DNA of 63,282 bases, filler included, from Choristocarpus tenellus KU-1152 (GCA_964200185.2; 10 parts of 10 records of this genome joined end to end with filler, not necessarily neighbours in it), one strand, 5' to 3'; shown: positions 49,920-62,594, counted from the whole stretch's first letter. Made by a program: numbers and translations. Notes: generated by a model not told the origin, from the letters alone.

Positions 49920-50972
49920 AAGTGGTACCAGTAGCTTCGCCCTCTGTGGCAATCTTGAATTTTTTCACCTGAACCCCACAAAAGATATACAACAATGTAT
50001 ATATCAAATGAACGGGTAGGCAAGAAGTTTTGAAGGTTTATATCCAGGGATGTACAAACTTCAATGAACGGGAACTATGTCCCAATAAAATACTAGATAA
50101 AAAACGCGGGGAATATCCCCGGTGCAATTTTGAAGGTCACGACTTCAAAAGATACAAAAATGAAGTGGTTGGCTAAACTCCTTCTAGAAAATTGATCTGG
50201 GGTAGGTCCCTGTCCAAGTTTGGCTGGTGAGATGTTCCCGAAAAAAAAATCAAGATTTCCGTACATATTTTTAACGCATTTTCCAGACTTTCGGTGAGGA
50301 CACACACACGTGACTTAAAGCTGTACGAGCCGGAGTGGCTTAAGGAGACTAGAAAAAGGGTGTTAGGGTTGGGCTACAAGAGCTCTGAAGCCCGAAAGAA
50401 TGTGGAAAGGACTCGTAAGGCGGAGGAGAAAGCGATTGTAACAAAGGAAGTCGTGGAGACTTTTCGATACCATCAGATCCTTCACTTAGAAGAGGTCGCG
50501 AAGCAGGTGGAGGTAGCCATCGACGTGGACGCCAACGAAGAAGAGAAGGTGAGATTGAGACTATTTTCACACCGATGGTTTGGTGTCTCCCAATTCTTGC
50601 AAGATGCCGTACATTTACTCTTGTTCCTGGATTTTGGGTTGGACATCAAAAGTTGATCAAGGCTTTCTCCCAGCCTGTATTAATTCGAGAAATCAACACA
50701 GGAAGAAAGGATGGGGAGGCTTTTTTCCTGGTTAAACCCTATACTTTAATCAAGTAATAGTGTATCTGTTGCCACTCTTGGTGACCTACAATCCAGGGTT
50801 CGAACCCCAATATGAGCGCTATTTGTTAAAAAAAAGTGGAGAAATGACGAAGTCCGTAGTCTGGACGGCTTTGTGACGGGTATCACGAATCTGCTTTTAT
50901 TTTTTTAATCCGATGTCTACATCAAAAGTTATGACGGGACAACCCCAGAAGGCGAAGCTACTGGTACCACTG
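49920..50972 (+). mobile_element. 1053-bp non-autonomous TIR element with TA flanks (Tc1/mariner-type ends)
   Basis: 27-bp TIR (C/A)AGTGGTACCAGTAGCTTCGCC(C/T)TCTG with 2 mismatches. TA at 49918-49919 and 50973-50974. Confidence 0.88.
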
Positions 50973-52153
50973 TATGTACGTTACTACTTTGTGTTGTACC
51001 GAACTAAAGATAAACGTACATGAAACTATGCTATATACTTTATCAGAACACACAACGCAAGGATAACACTAGGTTATTCTACACGTTGGTCTTTTTTTGT
51101 CCAAAACACCTCAGACATAGTAACACGTTGGGAAATAGCTCTTCGGTCGTTTGATTTTACGATTTAACATAAATCCGGTCGGATACATGTCATGCCAGAT
51201 ATGGTATCTCGAGGGAGTAATGAGCTTGGAGAGGCTTATCATCCTCACTTGGCTACAATTTGCCATGCTGTTCTTCAAAGTGATTATATCGATTCTCAGT
51301 GCTCACCTCAGAAGTAACTATTCTTGCATTCGAACTCTCTGTAGATCGGTTAATCCCAAGGACAGCCAAAACACGTGCGTTAGGGTTTTTACAAATAATA
51401 ATGATATTCTAATCTTTACATCAACAAATACAATTACAAACCACATCTTTCATTGATGCAATACGTTTCAAACGCACGAAATGAACAGGTCACAAAAAAA
51501 TAGTTTTTTGGTGGATGTGACCTATCTATTCCTACAAACCACATCACCCTTTCATAAATATTTATTACTACTACTACTACTGGAAGAAGACGCATGTATG
51601 TATTATTGTATAATACAATACGTAGTGTACCATAGATAATATAAGCATACCAAAACCGTTACCGGCTCCCCCAGGGGNNNNNNNNNNNNNNNNNNNNNNN
51701 NNNNNNNNNNNNNNNNNNNNNTTAATTAATTAANNNNNNNNNNNNNNNNNNNNNNNNNNNNNNNNNNNNNNNNNNNNTTGACGCAACAGTCGCCTAGAGC
51801 ATGGCCAAGGGAAAGAAAGATCCCCCCTCGAAGGGGGGGGCCCACTCCCCCCCCCCCCCCCCCCCTCTACACAAATCAATGACTGAAGGCTCTTGATGTC
51901 CGCGATGGACTCTGCTGAGTGTGACACCCACTATGATACAAAAAATATATGAACCTGGTACTCTAGGCTCTACAGTGGAACCGGTTCTTCCCCTCCATTT
52001 GAGCTTCCTCATTGGTCCAATGGTTGAAGCCGGTGTCAAATGTTGAGACTGTAGTGCAAAATGGAGTCTAAAGTGCAAATTCCTAGAAGTTTTATTGATT
52101 TTAGAGGTCTGGCTAGGAGCGTACATATGTGAATGCTCTGATGCCTTCTGCAG

Positions 52154-54058
52154 GGTGGTGCAGAGCATACCAGATGGATCTGATGTGATGTTCATCTTTG
52201 GCGAGATTGATTGCCGGGAAGGCATTCTGTTGGCTGTTGAGAAAGGCCGTTACGAAACAGTGGAGCAGGGGATGGAGGAGACCGTGTCCATTTTCATTAA
52301 GGTTAGTTGTTGTTTTTTTGGTTCTTGAAACCACCTGTTCCAAAGTGGAGTGCCAAGGGCCCTTTTGTTTTTTTTGTTGTGCAAAGGGGCTTATGGCTAT
52401 TCGAGTCTTACTGTGCTCTTCAAAAAAAGTATGAAGTGTTTTCATCAGTATTTATCTCCAACATACCCCCCCCCCTACTCTACCCTACAAGTGTTTGTGA
52501 ATTGGGAGAATTACAAAGAGTGCGCTTCATCAGTATGTATATAAACATGGTGCTGGAGTGCAGGAGTGTAACTGTAACTACTTTGAAGTAGTATATAGCG
52601 AGGTGAAGCAGAAGCAAGCTGTGCCTGATGAAAAGCAGTGTATGCAATCTGGTATGCAACATTTTTTGAAGACACGATTGGAACCCCTACATGGCACTCA
52701 CTTTGCTGCTCACTTTGGTCTATGCCCCTTGGCAACTCGCCCTGCCTTTCACTAACAATCTGGGTAGAGCCTATCAGCATTTGCAACCACTTTATATCCC
52801 TGCCTGCCTAACTCAACTTCAAAAACGCGCACTTCGTCGGTTACGCGGCGGTTTCATGTTTTCGGGGGCGCGACAGGTTGCCAAGGCGCTGGTTAAAAAC
52901 AGGGGATTCCGCGCCTTCATTCACCCAGTGATTCCGGTGCTCAATGAGACAAGGGCGATTGTCAAGACCTACAACAGGTTACAGAAATATATATATTTTT
53001 GCAACCTGCTGACTGGCACTCACGCAGCACCATCCCTAACCCTTTCCCAATGGCAGGGGTCTATTTTGCGTCTACAATGGTGACCGTGTTTTATTTGGAA
53101 GGACTTAGGGTTACGCTGGGGAATTGTCAATAGTTGTGTCATGTGCCGAACATAAGTGAAACCTTGTGTGTGTGACTCTTGTGTACTGAGAGAGGTTGGC
53201 AGTTACGAAATTGTGGTCTGGGATCTTGTGAGATTATAGGGTAGGTCTTGATGCTGACTCCCTCTCCCTCTCCTGTCTCCTGTATAAGAAGCGTGTGCAC
53301 ACGGCTTTGTCCTCTATTGTGTTCACTTTAATGGCAAGGGGAACCAATTATTTTCAGTTCTGTTCATTGTTGGTTGATTGTTGATGCACATAGCCAACTG
53401 AGTATGGTACATAGTACTAGTACAGTGCTAGTCATTGTTTGTACTAACATGGTATCACCTGGAGGTTCCTTAACCCTAACCTTACTATCACTATTAAAAA
53501 TATTGCATCGTTATTTCTAGAAGGCAATGTGGATAAGGCAGGCAACCAAATACCCCAATTAGGGGGTGCTCTAGTTGTCAGCACAGGTGACTGGACAGAC
53601 CATTCCTAGATGGGTATGGTGCCAGTATCTATGAATGGATTGTAAATGTCTTCTGCTAAAACCAAAATGTGACTGTTTGGGCAGATTTCACGCTTACTCC
53701 TAGGGTCAAGGCTTCAGCTCTGAGTACACTTTGTGATCAGCATTGCCTGAAGTAGAGAGCTCTGCGGGGAAATTGCTACCCTACAACTCCAACAAAACCC
53801 TGATCCTAACTTAAATCTGACTACGCTCACCGTACCATATGATCTCCCTTGTCTGTCCCTTGCCACCATGTCTCCTGTAGAATTTTCCGCCGCCAGGTTG
53901 AAGCAACCCCCTGTCTCCATTGGCTAGATTTCTTTGACGACATGCTTACAGAGGATGGGATGAAGTTGAGGCCGGAGTTGGAGCTCGATGGCACCCACCT
54001 TTCCCCAGCCTACCTGGGTCTTCTCGAGGGCACACTCAGAAAGGCATGGCCGAAATAG
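52154..54058 (+). CDS. C-terminal exons of an SGNH-hydrolase-like protein (GEIDCR ... DGTH)
   Basis: Phase-consistent exons 52154-52301, 52877-52977 and 53881-54058 (TAG): VMFIFGEIDCREG ... IHPVIPVLNETR ... WLDFFD ... ELDGTHLSPAY. The DxxH motif resembles SGNH block V. Confidence 0.88.
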
Positions 54059-55795
54059 CCTCAGGCATCCGAATGTCTCTGAGAGACTTGCTTTGTGAGA
54101 AGAGTCCTGAACATCTACTCGATGATCACAGGACCTTGTGGAGAAGGAAAGTAGTTGCGGGTGGAAGATTCAATAGCAATAGTGGTGTCAAGGACCTTGG
54201 GTAGGCATGGACTGGGCAGAATGCATGGCCTGAGATGAAATCTCTATATATGCAACCGAATACTGTGGTGAATATTGGTTATACCCTTTTTCGTAGGGGT
54301 TGGACCCCTGGCCTCCTACTCGATGTCCTTTTGTCATCTGGGATTATGTTGCGTCTTATGTGGTTTCCTTGTGTGTCAGTAACTCCACTTAATTAAGTTT
54401 ACTTAAGCCACTTCATCCAGGTTAACATTGTGCCCTGAATTTGAACAAAAAATGAAACGGACCACCTTTTTTTTTTGTTGTTGTTGTGATGCTGTATGCT
54501 GGTGTTCAAGTCACAATTGCAGAAGCAGTTTTCACTGCACGCACACATACACGCACCCTGGACACAAATATACACACAAAATGGAAGAAAATGCTGTGGT
54601 TTTTGCAATGCCGAAGGGTGGAGGGGATGAGACTGGAGTAAGGGGAACATGGATAATTCTACAGAAAGTTGAAGAAGTATGTTAAAATCTTATGCCGTTG
54701 AAGCTCCTAAGGAGGACAATCTCAGGAAGAAAGTGACAGGAGGGAAGTGTGTACAGGGATTTGAAGGTTTGCTTGTGTTTTCCCTCTCTCCTAGAAGAGT
54801 AGTATAGGTGGTAAGTCCTCTCTAATATTTTGGCGATCAAGTGCCACTATGGGGATACTTCCTCTTCCTCTTCTATGACATTTTTATGGTGTCATGTGGT
54901 CGGTTGCAGTCAGTTATTTTTGTTTTGAGTGAATTTGTCGTTCAATTTGGAGGTCACCACAAAAAGAGGACCTACTTTGTGTTGAGTGCAAGTAACGGGG
55001 AGACACATAGAGGCGATTCGAGAGACTTTCGTGCGTCGTAGACAAGCATGACACCAATGGCAGGGATGGAAAAACGCGACCCCAATACAGATGCACACAT
55101 GTGCGCGCATACGACAAGGAGAACTTGCTACAACACATTTTTTTGTTTATATTCTTCTCTCCAGGATGCCTTACCATAAACAATTCAGTGAACCACAGAA
55201 AATTACTTCTGTAGATCCACCCTAGAAAATTAAATACAATCCAAATTTCAATTCTCAAGAAACTTGACCCTCTTTTCGAAGTGTGGGTCTGATTTCAAAA
55301 TTTCCGTGAAATAGTAAGCGTGGTTTGAAGAGGCGATAATGCATCTCATACACGCAACAGCAACAGTGCACGTGGAAAAGTGGGAGTAGACGTCATTTCT
55401 CTTGTGGGTCATCATACAGTTACCTGGACAAGATTCTAACCACTAGGTGGTGTTGAAAGTAGGATCGTCAATGAATGTGGCCTCTCCATTAGTGCTTCGT
55501 ATGCGTTGAGCCGAGTAGTACATATTATTGAAATACTTAGAAGTAGAAGGTCCCTGCTAACACCATACTCTAATTACTCAGTACATCGTTTCTTCAGGTG
55601 AAACAGTATGTACAGTATGTAGTACAAGGTCACCAGATCACTTTTTTGATTTGTCTTTTGAATAACAGCTACCTGTGTTGTTCAATGTTCAGTTCCAAAT
55701 TGTGCACACTCATGGAATAGTGGCAAAGAGAGGGCAACTAAACCGTACCCACACAACACGAAAATAAACCCACTCTTTTGAACACTGGACGAAGA

Positions 55796-55972
55796 GGCTC
55801 AAAGTATCTGGGGGGGGGGTGGTGGCTGTCCATATGGGGTCAATTTTTTCATGTCGCGATTTTTGGGTGATTTGGTTGCATACTTCGGATGGATAATGAA
55901 AGTGCAGTTTTCCTGGTTTTGACCCAATGGACACCCTGGTGTAGACCCCCCCCCCTCCAGATACTTTGGGTC
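55796..55972 (+). mobile_element. MITE family A copy A9, flanked by AGA
   Basis: GGCTCAAAGTATCTGG ... CCAGATACTTTGGGTC. Confidence 0.92.
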
Positions 55973-56409
55973 AGAAGAATCCTTATGGACACACACCTAC
56001 GTTTTTTCAACAATAAAAATCTTACTGCATTTTGGAAAAATGGTTTTAACAATAAGCGATGCCAGCAATCATCATAGTATTCCTCCATGATATAGTAGTG
56101 TCCACAACTGGAGCCTTAGCCATTTGTCAGGACTTGACGAACTTGAAAGTTCTACATGAAAATATGGTCAGAGCAAGATCTTGTTACGAAAGAGATCTCT
56201 TCGTCGAAGTGGGATCATCAGCTATTACCGAACCACCACTACCACTGACCACGAACATCACCTGTTTGCCCACACCACATTGATCAACACACAACTACAA
56301 TGCTAACACTGTGCATAAATACGAGTAACGATAGAAATTTGTATACGACACTGTGCTTCACGTGAATGAGAAAAATCAGGGAAGTTCAAGCAGCACAGCA
56401 TCATACATC

Positions 56410-58213
56410 CATTCATAGCGCTACGAATGATGGTGTATGGATACCATGGTGTGGTTGGTGCAACTCCCTTGTTTGGTCAGCCTCCTTGGAGTACATGGAT
56501 CTCTACAGTTAGTCGTTGCCTCTCTCAGTGAATGTATTCCGTGCACACACAGAAGGCGCATTTTGTTCCACCTACCTTCGTGTTGACGAAATAGAGAATC
56601 GGGAGGAGGGAGTGAGTATACATGTACTTCTTTTTTATTACATTCATGCTTCTGGTGTTGCTGTGAATGTCGATCAATTATCGTTGCGCAAAACTGCACT
56701 GACTGCAGAATAAATTTTGAGGATGCACACAAGGAAGATCAGTTGGAATGGTGGATAGACCAGTTTGAAGAGTGTATTGTCTCTGATGGTATTCTGCAGG
56801 CATGCGTTTCACTTATCTGATGGCGTTCTTTCCATGAAGTACTGTAGTACCAGTATGTCTGTCGTTCATGAGATTGCTGGCATGGTATCAATTCAAATAC
56901 TTTATTTATATATATATGTATGTGTATACATGTACATGCATACTAATATATGTACGCCAGTTTTCATCCACTAGACGTCGTGCGTCCTGGATGAGATGTT
57001 CTATGGAAGGGCAACTACCAAAGATCTCACTTGAAGAATCACACAGGTGGAGCATGACGACAAAAGTCTACCAGGTTTTGAGCTCAGAATAAACCATCTT
57101 GAGAAATAAACATATTATCTATGGACGACAAGGTCCTATGTCCTCCAATTAATGGGGACATGAGTATGTGCAGCAGTCTCTAATAACGCATGCAACTTTT
57201 GGTGAGAATCAAGTAAGCGCATCCAGTACTTCGTACATACTCCAGAGTACAACTCTACACGGATTGCGAATCACTCAAGTCTATATGCAGGGAGTGACCA
57301 CTACTGTCATCTTCTCCTGTTGCGTGAACTGCTGCTAATACCCAACACTCGAATGGTGAGTACTCCCGAATCCAAGTCCATTCCTTGGTCTCTTATCTAT
57401 AGTTCTATAGTAGGACGCAGTCCTCTGTAAATAGTCTACTCCTCCTTGCCACCTTGGCGTCAACTCCAAGCCGAAAAGGTGAAGCTGCTTCCTCTTCCTC
57501 CACAGCTTGAGCGGGTGGGAACTAGAATCTATTTTTTGTATCGAAGAGTGTGCGCGAGCTGATCCTTCACGGGCACAGGAAAAGTTTGTCGGTGTAGAGT
57601 TACAGACGCTCTGACGAAGGGGTAGGGGAATGACAACGGACTGCTACCACAGGTGTATGTAAAGGAGAACTTTCATAAGCTCTTCCCGAGTCTCAGTATA
57701 CATCTGACCAGGATTCCACTTGAAGAGTCGACGCCATCCAGTCATCGTGCACTCTAGGCTCTCGACCTCCTTAAGCTTTCTGCTCACGCATTCCCTGTGG
57801 ATCACAGAAACACCCGATTGTCGCACATTCAATTTCACTGGAATGGGGCCTTGTGCATTGTGCGAAGTGATGGTCTCGCGCTGGAAAATGTGTGGGGCTA
57901 ATTTTCCTCAACTAGGGCTAGAGACACCTGGAGTTCCATATCATTGTGTTCCATTTGCCAACGGACTTACAATTGTGATAAGTGCCCACTTAGGGAGGGA
58001 ACCAAGGCAAACTGTGTTGTTACTATTCACCTTCCATATAGGCACAACAAGTCTGTCAACAGAGCTTATGTAGAGATAAGACTGGGACGGCCAAAGGAGA
58101 ACGTTACCCACCTCGACAAATATCCAACTAGGACAAGGGTCACTTGTTGCAAGGGCATCAACGTGAGTGCAGTTTCCACCTGTCTACAAGAGGCAAATAT
58201 GCAGTATAGCTAA
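56410..58213 (+). pseudogene. Decayed short-intron Cys/His-rich gene, unknown family (probably transposon-encoded)
   Basis: Frames WIPWCGWC..., EDQLEWWIDQFEEC...YVCRS*DCWH|VFIH*TSCVLDEMFYG..., PPWRQLQAEKVKLLPLPP...CYHR|IPLEES..., CSICQRTYNCDKC. Two junctions checked as phase-compatible. Isolated stops. Confidence 0.45.
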
Positions 58214-58249
58214 CGATTTCATGACGTGATACCTACTTGTAGGCTTGGT

Positions 58250-58618
58250 TCACCTTCCACCAGCCTTCCTGAAGTTACTTGTCCACACTCGAGGCGCAGC
58301 CCCAACAAGTATTTTGAGGTCAGAAACGTTATCGATGGACGGCACACCAGGACGCCGAAGTATGTCGACGAAGTCTTCTGGCATGGGCCATTCCTCCTCT
58401 GTGTCATCGCCCCACTTGACTGCTAGGGGCAACGTTCCAGTCCTTTCTTCCCTCCAAAGCACATCGGAGTCCTTCTTCCCTGGCATTATCAGTGCATCAC
58501 GCTGACAAACGTTTACATCGAGCAGTGCAACAGAGTGGAACGCCATTCTTTCGGTTGAATCCAGGGGATTGCATATACACAAATCAATATAGATTACTGC
58601 AATTTTGGGCTCTCTCAC
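58250..58618 (-). pseudogene. Possible exon of a convergent partner gene
   Basis: Protein-like stop-free stretch (WREERTGTLPLAVKWGDDTEEEWPMPEDFVDILRRP). No family recognised. Confidence 0.3.
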
Positions 58619-59591
58619 TACCTGTGATTTCCCGGTCTGAGCTTTGTTTCTTGCTGCAAAGTTGGTGACTTCCTACCAGACAAGCAATCGCCAATTCTTC
58701 AGACTTTGTTGCATACTAGTTACTTTCCTTTCACTCGATGAACGATTGTCACTCACCATGCGCGATGTATTTTTAGACTGCATAGCGACACCTTCTATGA
58801 AGATTTGTTGACAACCCGAAATCGATGTGATGCATAAGCGCACAAGGTATTTTGTGCGATGACGAAGGGTGACCCAAATAAGGGGTGAAAACAAGATGGA
58901 AAAATTGGAAAGGTGTCAAGATGTCAACACTATCGATGGAGGGAGTTAATGAAATCTTGTCCTAAAAAATTAGGATGGAGTACAATCTTTTCAAAGTTTT
59001 GCGTTTTGAATATCCCAATAACGATCAAAGAATCACGCCCAACCGACACTTTTCCATCCACTAACGATTTTTCTTGTTATTTCAAGTTGATTTCGGGACT
59101 TTTGGTGTTGGTGTTCTAACATTGTCTGTTCAACGATCAACAAGTGTGATAAGGACAGAATAAGGAACACAGAACAGCACTAAGAACAATAATATGACAC
59201 TTGTTTCTTTTTGGAGGGGTTCTTATGATATTGATTTGACTTTTCATTGGCAAACACATCTGTAAAATGTAAGATGATATAATAATAATGAAATAATATA
59301 TTAATATTTAGTAGTAGAATTAATACCAAAACATTGGTACAATACAATACCTACTATTAAGTTAGGGTTAAAAAGAAACTGTTGATGGTAGTCTATATGG
59401 AATTACCAATACCCTCATCAACTTGTTGTGTACCATCATACTCATGTAGTTTCCAAGTCACAAGAAAATGGGATATTGTTTTTTGAACGTTGTAATTTTA
59501 GTCTTCAAGCGTATTAGATATTTAAAGGAGGTACGTCACCATTTACTACAACTACTATTATTACATGTATTCATGTATTTCTTGTCAGTAC

Positions 59592-59822
59592 TCCCTCCCC
59601 CCTCACACATCTGGAAAATATTAGAGGGGAAAATAAATAGGATAAGAAATACTGGTCACTCCCTCAACAGAAAAAAGACCCCATTCACAACCACCCTCCC
59701 TGATGCGAAGGAGATTTCGCCTTGGATGGTCTCCATCTGTATTGTATGATGACTTCTACAACATATATTATTATGCCCTCTGACATTTTCCAGATTTGTC
59801 AGGGGAAATGCCCATTCAATAT
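59592..59822. repeat. Two family D ends facing outward (inverted copy ~59592-59640, direct copy ~59765-59822)
   Basis: TATTATTATGCCCTCTGACATTTTCCAGATTTGTCAGGGG, plus the diverged inverted copy CCCCTCACACATCTGGAAAATATTAGAGGGG. Confidence 0.6.
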
Positions 59823-60381
59823 CATAAGAACCCCTATAAAAGTAACAATTGTCGTAAATATGAAAGATACCTCTCTAAAATCTATTTTCTGGTTGACTAC
59901 CAGCTATGCTACTTCGTTTGTACAATCGTAACAGTATTATGTAGATCAACTAACCATCTACCGTTTTTGATACTATCGTATGTAGTTAATAGTCAATAGT
60001 GACAATATCACCAGGGAGATGAGCACGGAGGGGTCTGTTGGATTCTTGGGATGCCTCCCTAGCTCCCCTCCNNNNNNNNNNNNNNNNNNNNNNNNNNNNN
60101 NNNNNNNNNNNNNNNTTAATTAATTAANNNNNNNNNNNNNNNNNNNNNNNNNNNNNNNNNNNNNNNNNNNNCTTTCCCCCCCCCCCCCCCTTTCCCCCTC
60201 CACTCACAACAACTCTCCTTTTCTTTTTTTTTTTTTCGGGGGGTTTGCCCCCCCCCCCCCCCCCCCCCCCATCATATACAAAAGGTAGGACATTCTGGTC
60301 TACTTTGTGCTACTTTTGATGCACAGCACATACCCCAACCTCCCTACCTCCCTTGCCCTCCCTGGCCCTCCTCATGCTCAG

Positions 60382-62594
60382 GCCACTCCTGAAAGTGTTG
60401 TAGCTGATGCCCAGCTGACGCCATACCCTGACACAAGAGGCAATGATGCGGGTGATTCTGTTGGTGGAGGAAAGGGAAGAGGGGAGCACGTTCCACGGTC
60501 GATGGCTCTCACAGAGTTCCACTTTTTGCTTCTGTACCCTGGGCATCTCCAGGTGAACAGATCATGCCCTGGCCTTGGTACTGGTGTGATGAAACCCTGT
60601 GCTGTACTGTTTGAAAGAAGGACATCCGTGGGTGTAGCTCTTTTCAACACCTCATAGCCTACCTCTCTGCTCTGTTTTCAGTGTCAAAGTCCTTCGTCGT
60701 TAGTTCTGTTCCTGAGTGTTCACCTGCCTCTGTCAGCTGACTCTCCTTTGAAGTATAGGTGAGGGGAAATAACTTGAAGATGATTTGCCACCGCCAACTG
60801 TACAATAAGAGTGCCAGAGTTTAGCGGGAGATGTTTTGCCTGATCCACACTCTCCTACCCCTTTTTGGATTATTGATGTCTGAACAGCTAGTTTTTATTG
60901 TTGCAAGCTGGGAATTGGAGGAACACTGGGAATGAAACCAAGTGGTATGCAAGCATCTCTGTTTGTTCTGATACACACAACCTTTGCATAGTGATCTCCC
61001 CAGATGCCTTCTCCTCCCTTGCCAATGCAACACATCCCTATTGTGTATGTATGGCCCCTACATATGTCCATATATATGGATGTATATATGGATGTACGCC
61101 CACTGCTGTGATTGGTGGACTGCAGGTGGTCAGCAAGCTCAGTGGGGATGTTGTGCAGGTATGCCTACGGAAGTAGATGCCGACAGTAACATCTGCCAAC
61201 ATTTACATGTACAGGCGTATTTATGTGCGTCTGTGCTTTCGTGCGTGCAGGTGGGGTGCACGCGCATGAACTCTTGTGTAGGGTGTACACACACTCTTGT
61301 ATGTATGTATGTGGATGCGTATTGTGTGTGTGTGTGTGTGTGTGTGTGTTTCATGTGTGAAGGAGAGAGGAGAGAGAGCAAGGTGTGGTGTAGAGGTAAA
61401 AGCCCCTTTTTTTAAAGTCGCTTCAAAAACGTTTTNNNNNNNNGTGGTATGTGATAGTGTGTTGGGTGTGGTGTGGGGGTAGTTGTGTGTGTTTTTAAAG
61501 TCGCTTCAAAAACGTTTTTTTTTTTTCTTGTCCAGTATTGTTCAAAAGTACGGAGACCACGGTAGTACTCTAGAGTGTCTCTCAAAGTACTTGAAGGACT
61601 GATGCAGATGCACATGTGAAAAATTATGGCATGAATAGAGATTTCACTTTCCATGGATACCCTCCCATGCTTCGTACCCTGTGCTGCGATCCTCCGTGCT
61701 GCCTCCCCTGCCTGTCCTTGTCCCAATCCTATGCGATGTGTAGAGCCATGGCACAACCACTTGTATGCTCTTTCTTGGAGTGGAGTGCCCTCCTTGACCG
61801 CGCGTCGAACATTCCCCCCCCCCTTTCCTCCCCCCTCTTCCCCCACACCCCCAGTCTCACCTTTACCTTTCATCCCACCTCCGTGGTACTGCTTTCACAA
61901 AAGAAACCTCTGGTGCATCCTAAGTCTAAACCACAACCCAAGGCGCAGAGTGCGACCGATGGAAATTTCATGGTTACTTTCTTAACCCGAATTGAGGGTT
62001 AGGGTTGTCGTCTTTACGAATTAGATTGGGGGAAGTTGCAACATACAAATGTCCCTCCGTAGTCCCACACCTGACAATTCTGTTAACCGACATTTGGTCG
62101 TCGAGCTCACACTAGTTTGCACGCTACTATTTTATTTTGTTGCCCTTCCCCACCCTCAGTCCATTCTCCTGTCGAGATGTCCAGGGATGTGAATATGAAT
62201 GTACCTGAAGTACGGGAGAACCCTACCGGCAACATATTTTTGGGTTCATTCGGTGGATCGATACAGCATCAGACGTTACAAAGCATACCGCCAATGTACA
62301 CTGCCATCAGTTTCTCGCAGTTATTTTGTTAGTTGGGTCGTACCATCCCACCGTCTCTATCACTTGTATGTCTTTTACTTGCCTGATCGTGCCTTCCTCT
62401 TTGCCCTGTTATCTCGTGTCTTGTGTCTTGTGCCTTGTGACTATGTCTTGTGTCTTGTGCCTTGTGACTACGTACAGGATATTTCTCTTGGGGATGCTCA
62501 GGACTCTGTTCACGGTCACGTGCTTTCCCTCCTGTGTGATCCGCTCAAGGGTCCGAGTCATATGTGGCTCTTCACTGACTGTTCTCCTTTCAGA
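60382..62594 (+). CDS. VPS18: Vacuolar protein sorting 18 (Pep3/deep orange) N-terminal region, partial (3 exons)
   Basis: Exons 60382-60552 (5' edge uncertain), 61126-61158 and 62478-62594, all phase 0: PRSMALTEFHFLLLY..HLQ|VVSKLSGDVVQ|...LLCDP...WLFT. This is the characteristic Vps18 LTEFHxLLLY motif. Confidence 0.85.

Noticed and set aside
50770-50820. Second tRNA gene around GGTTCGAACCCC
   Set aside because: Only a B-box; no cloverleaf could be folded.
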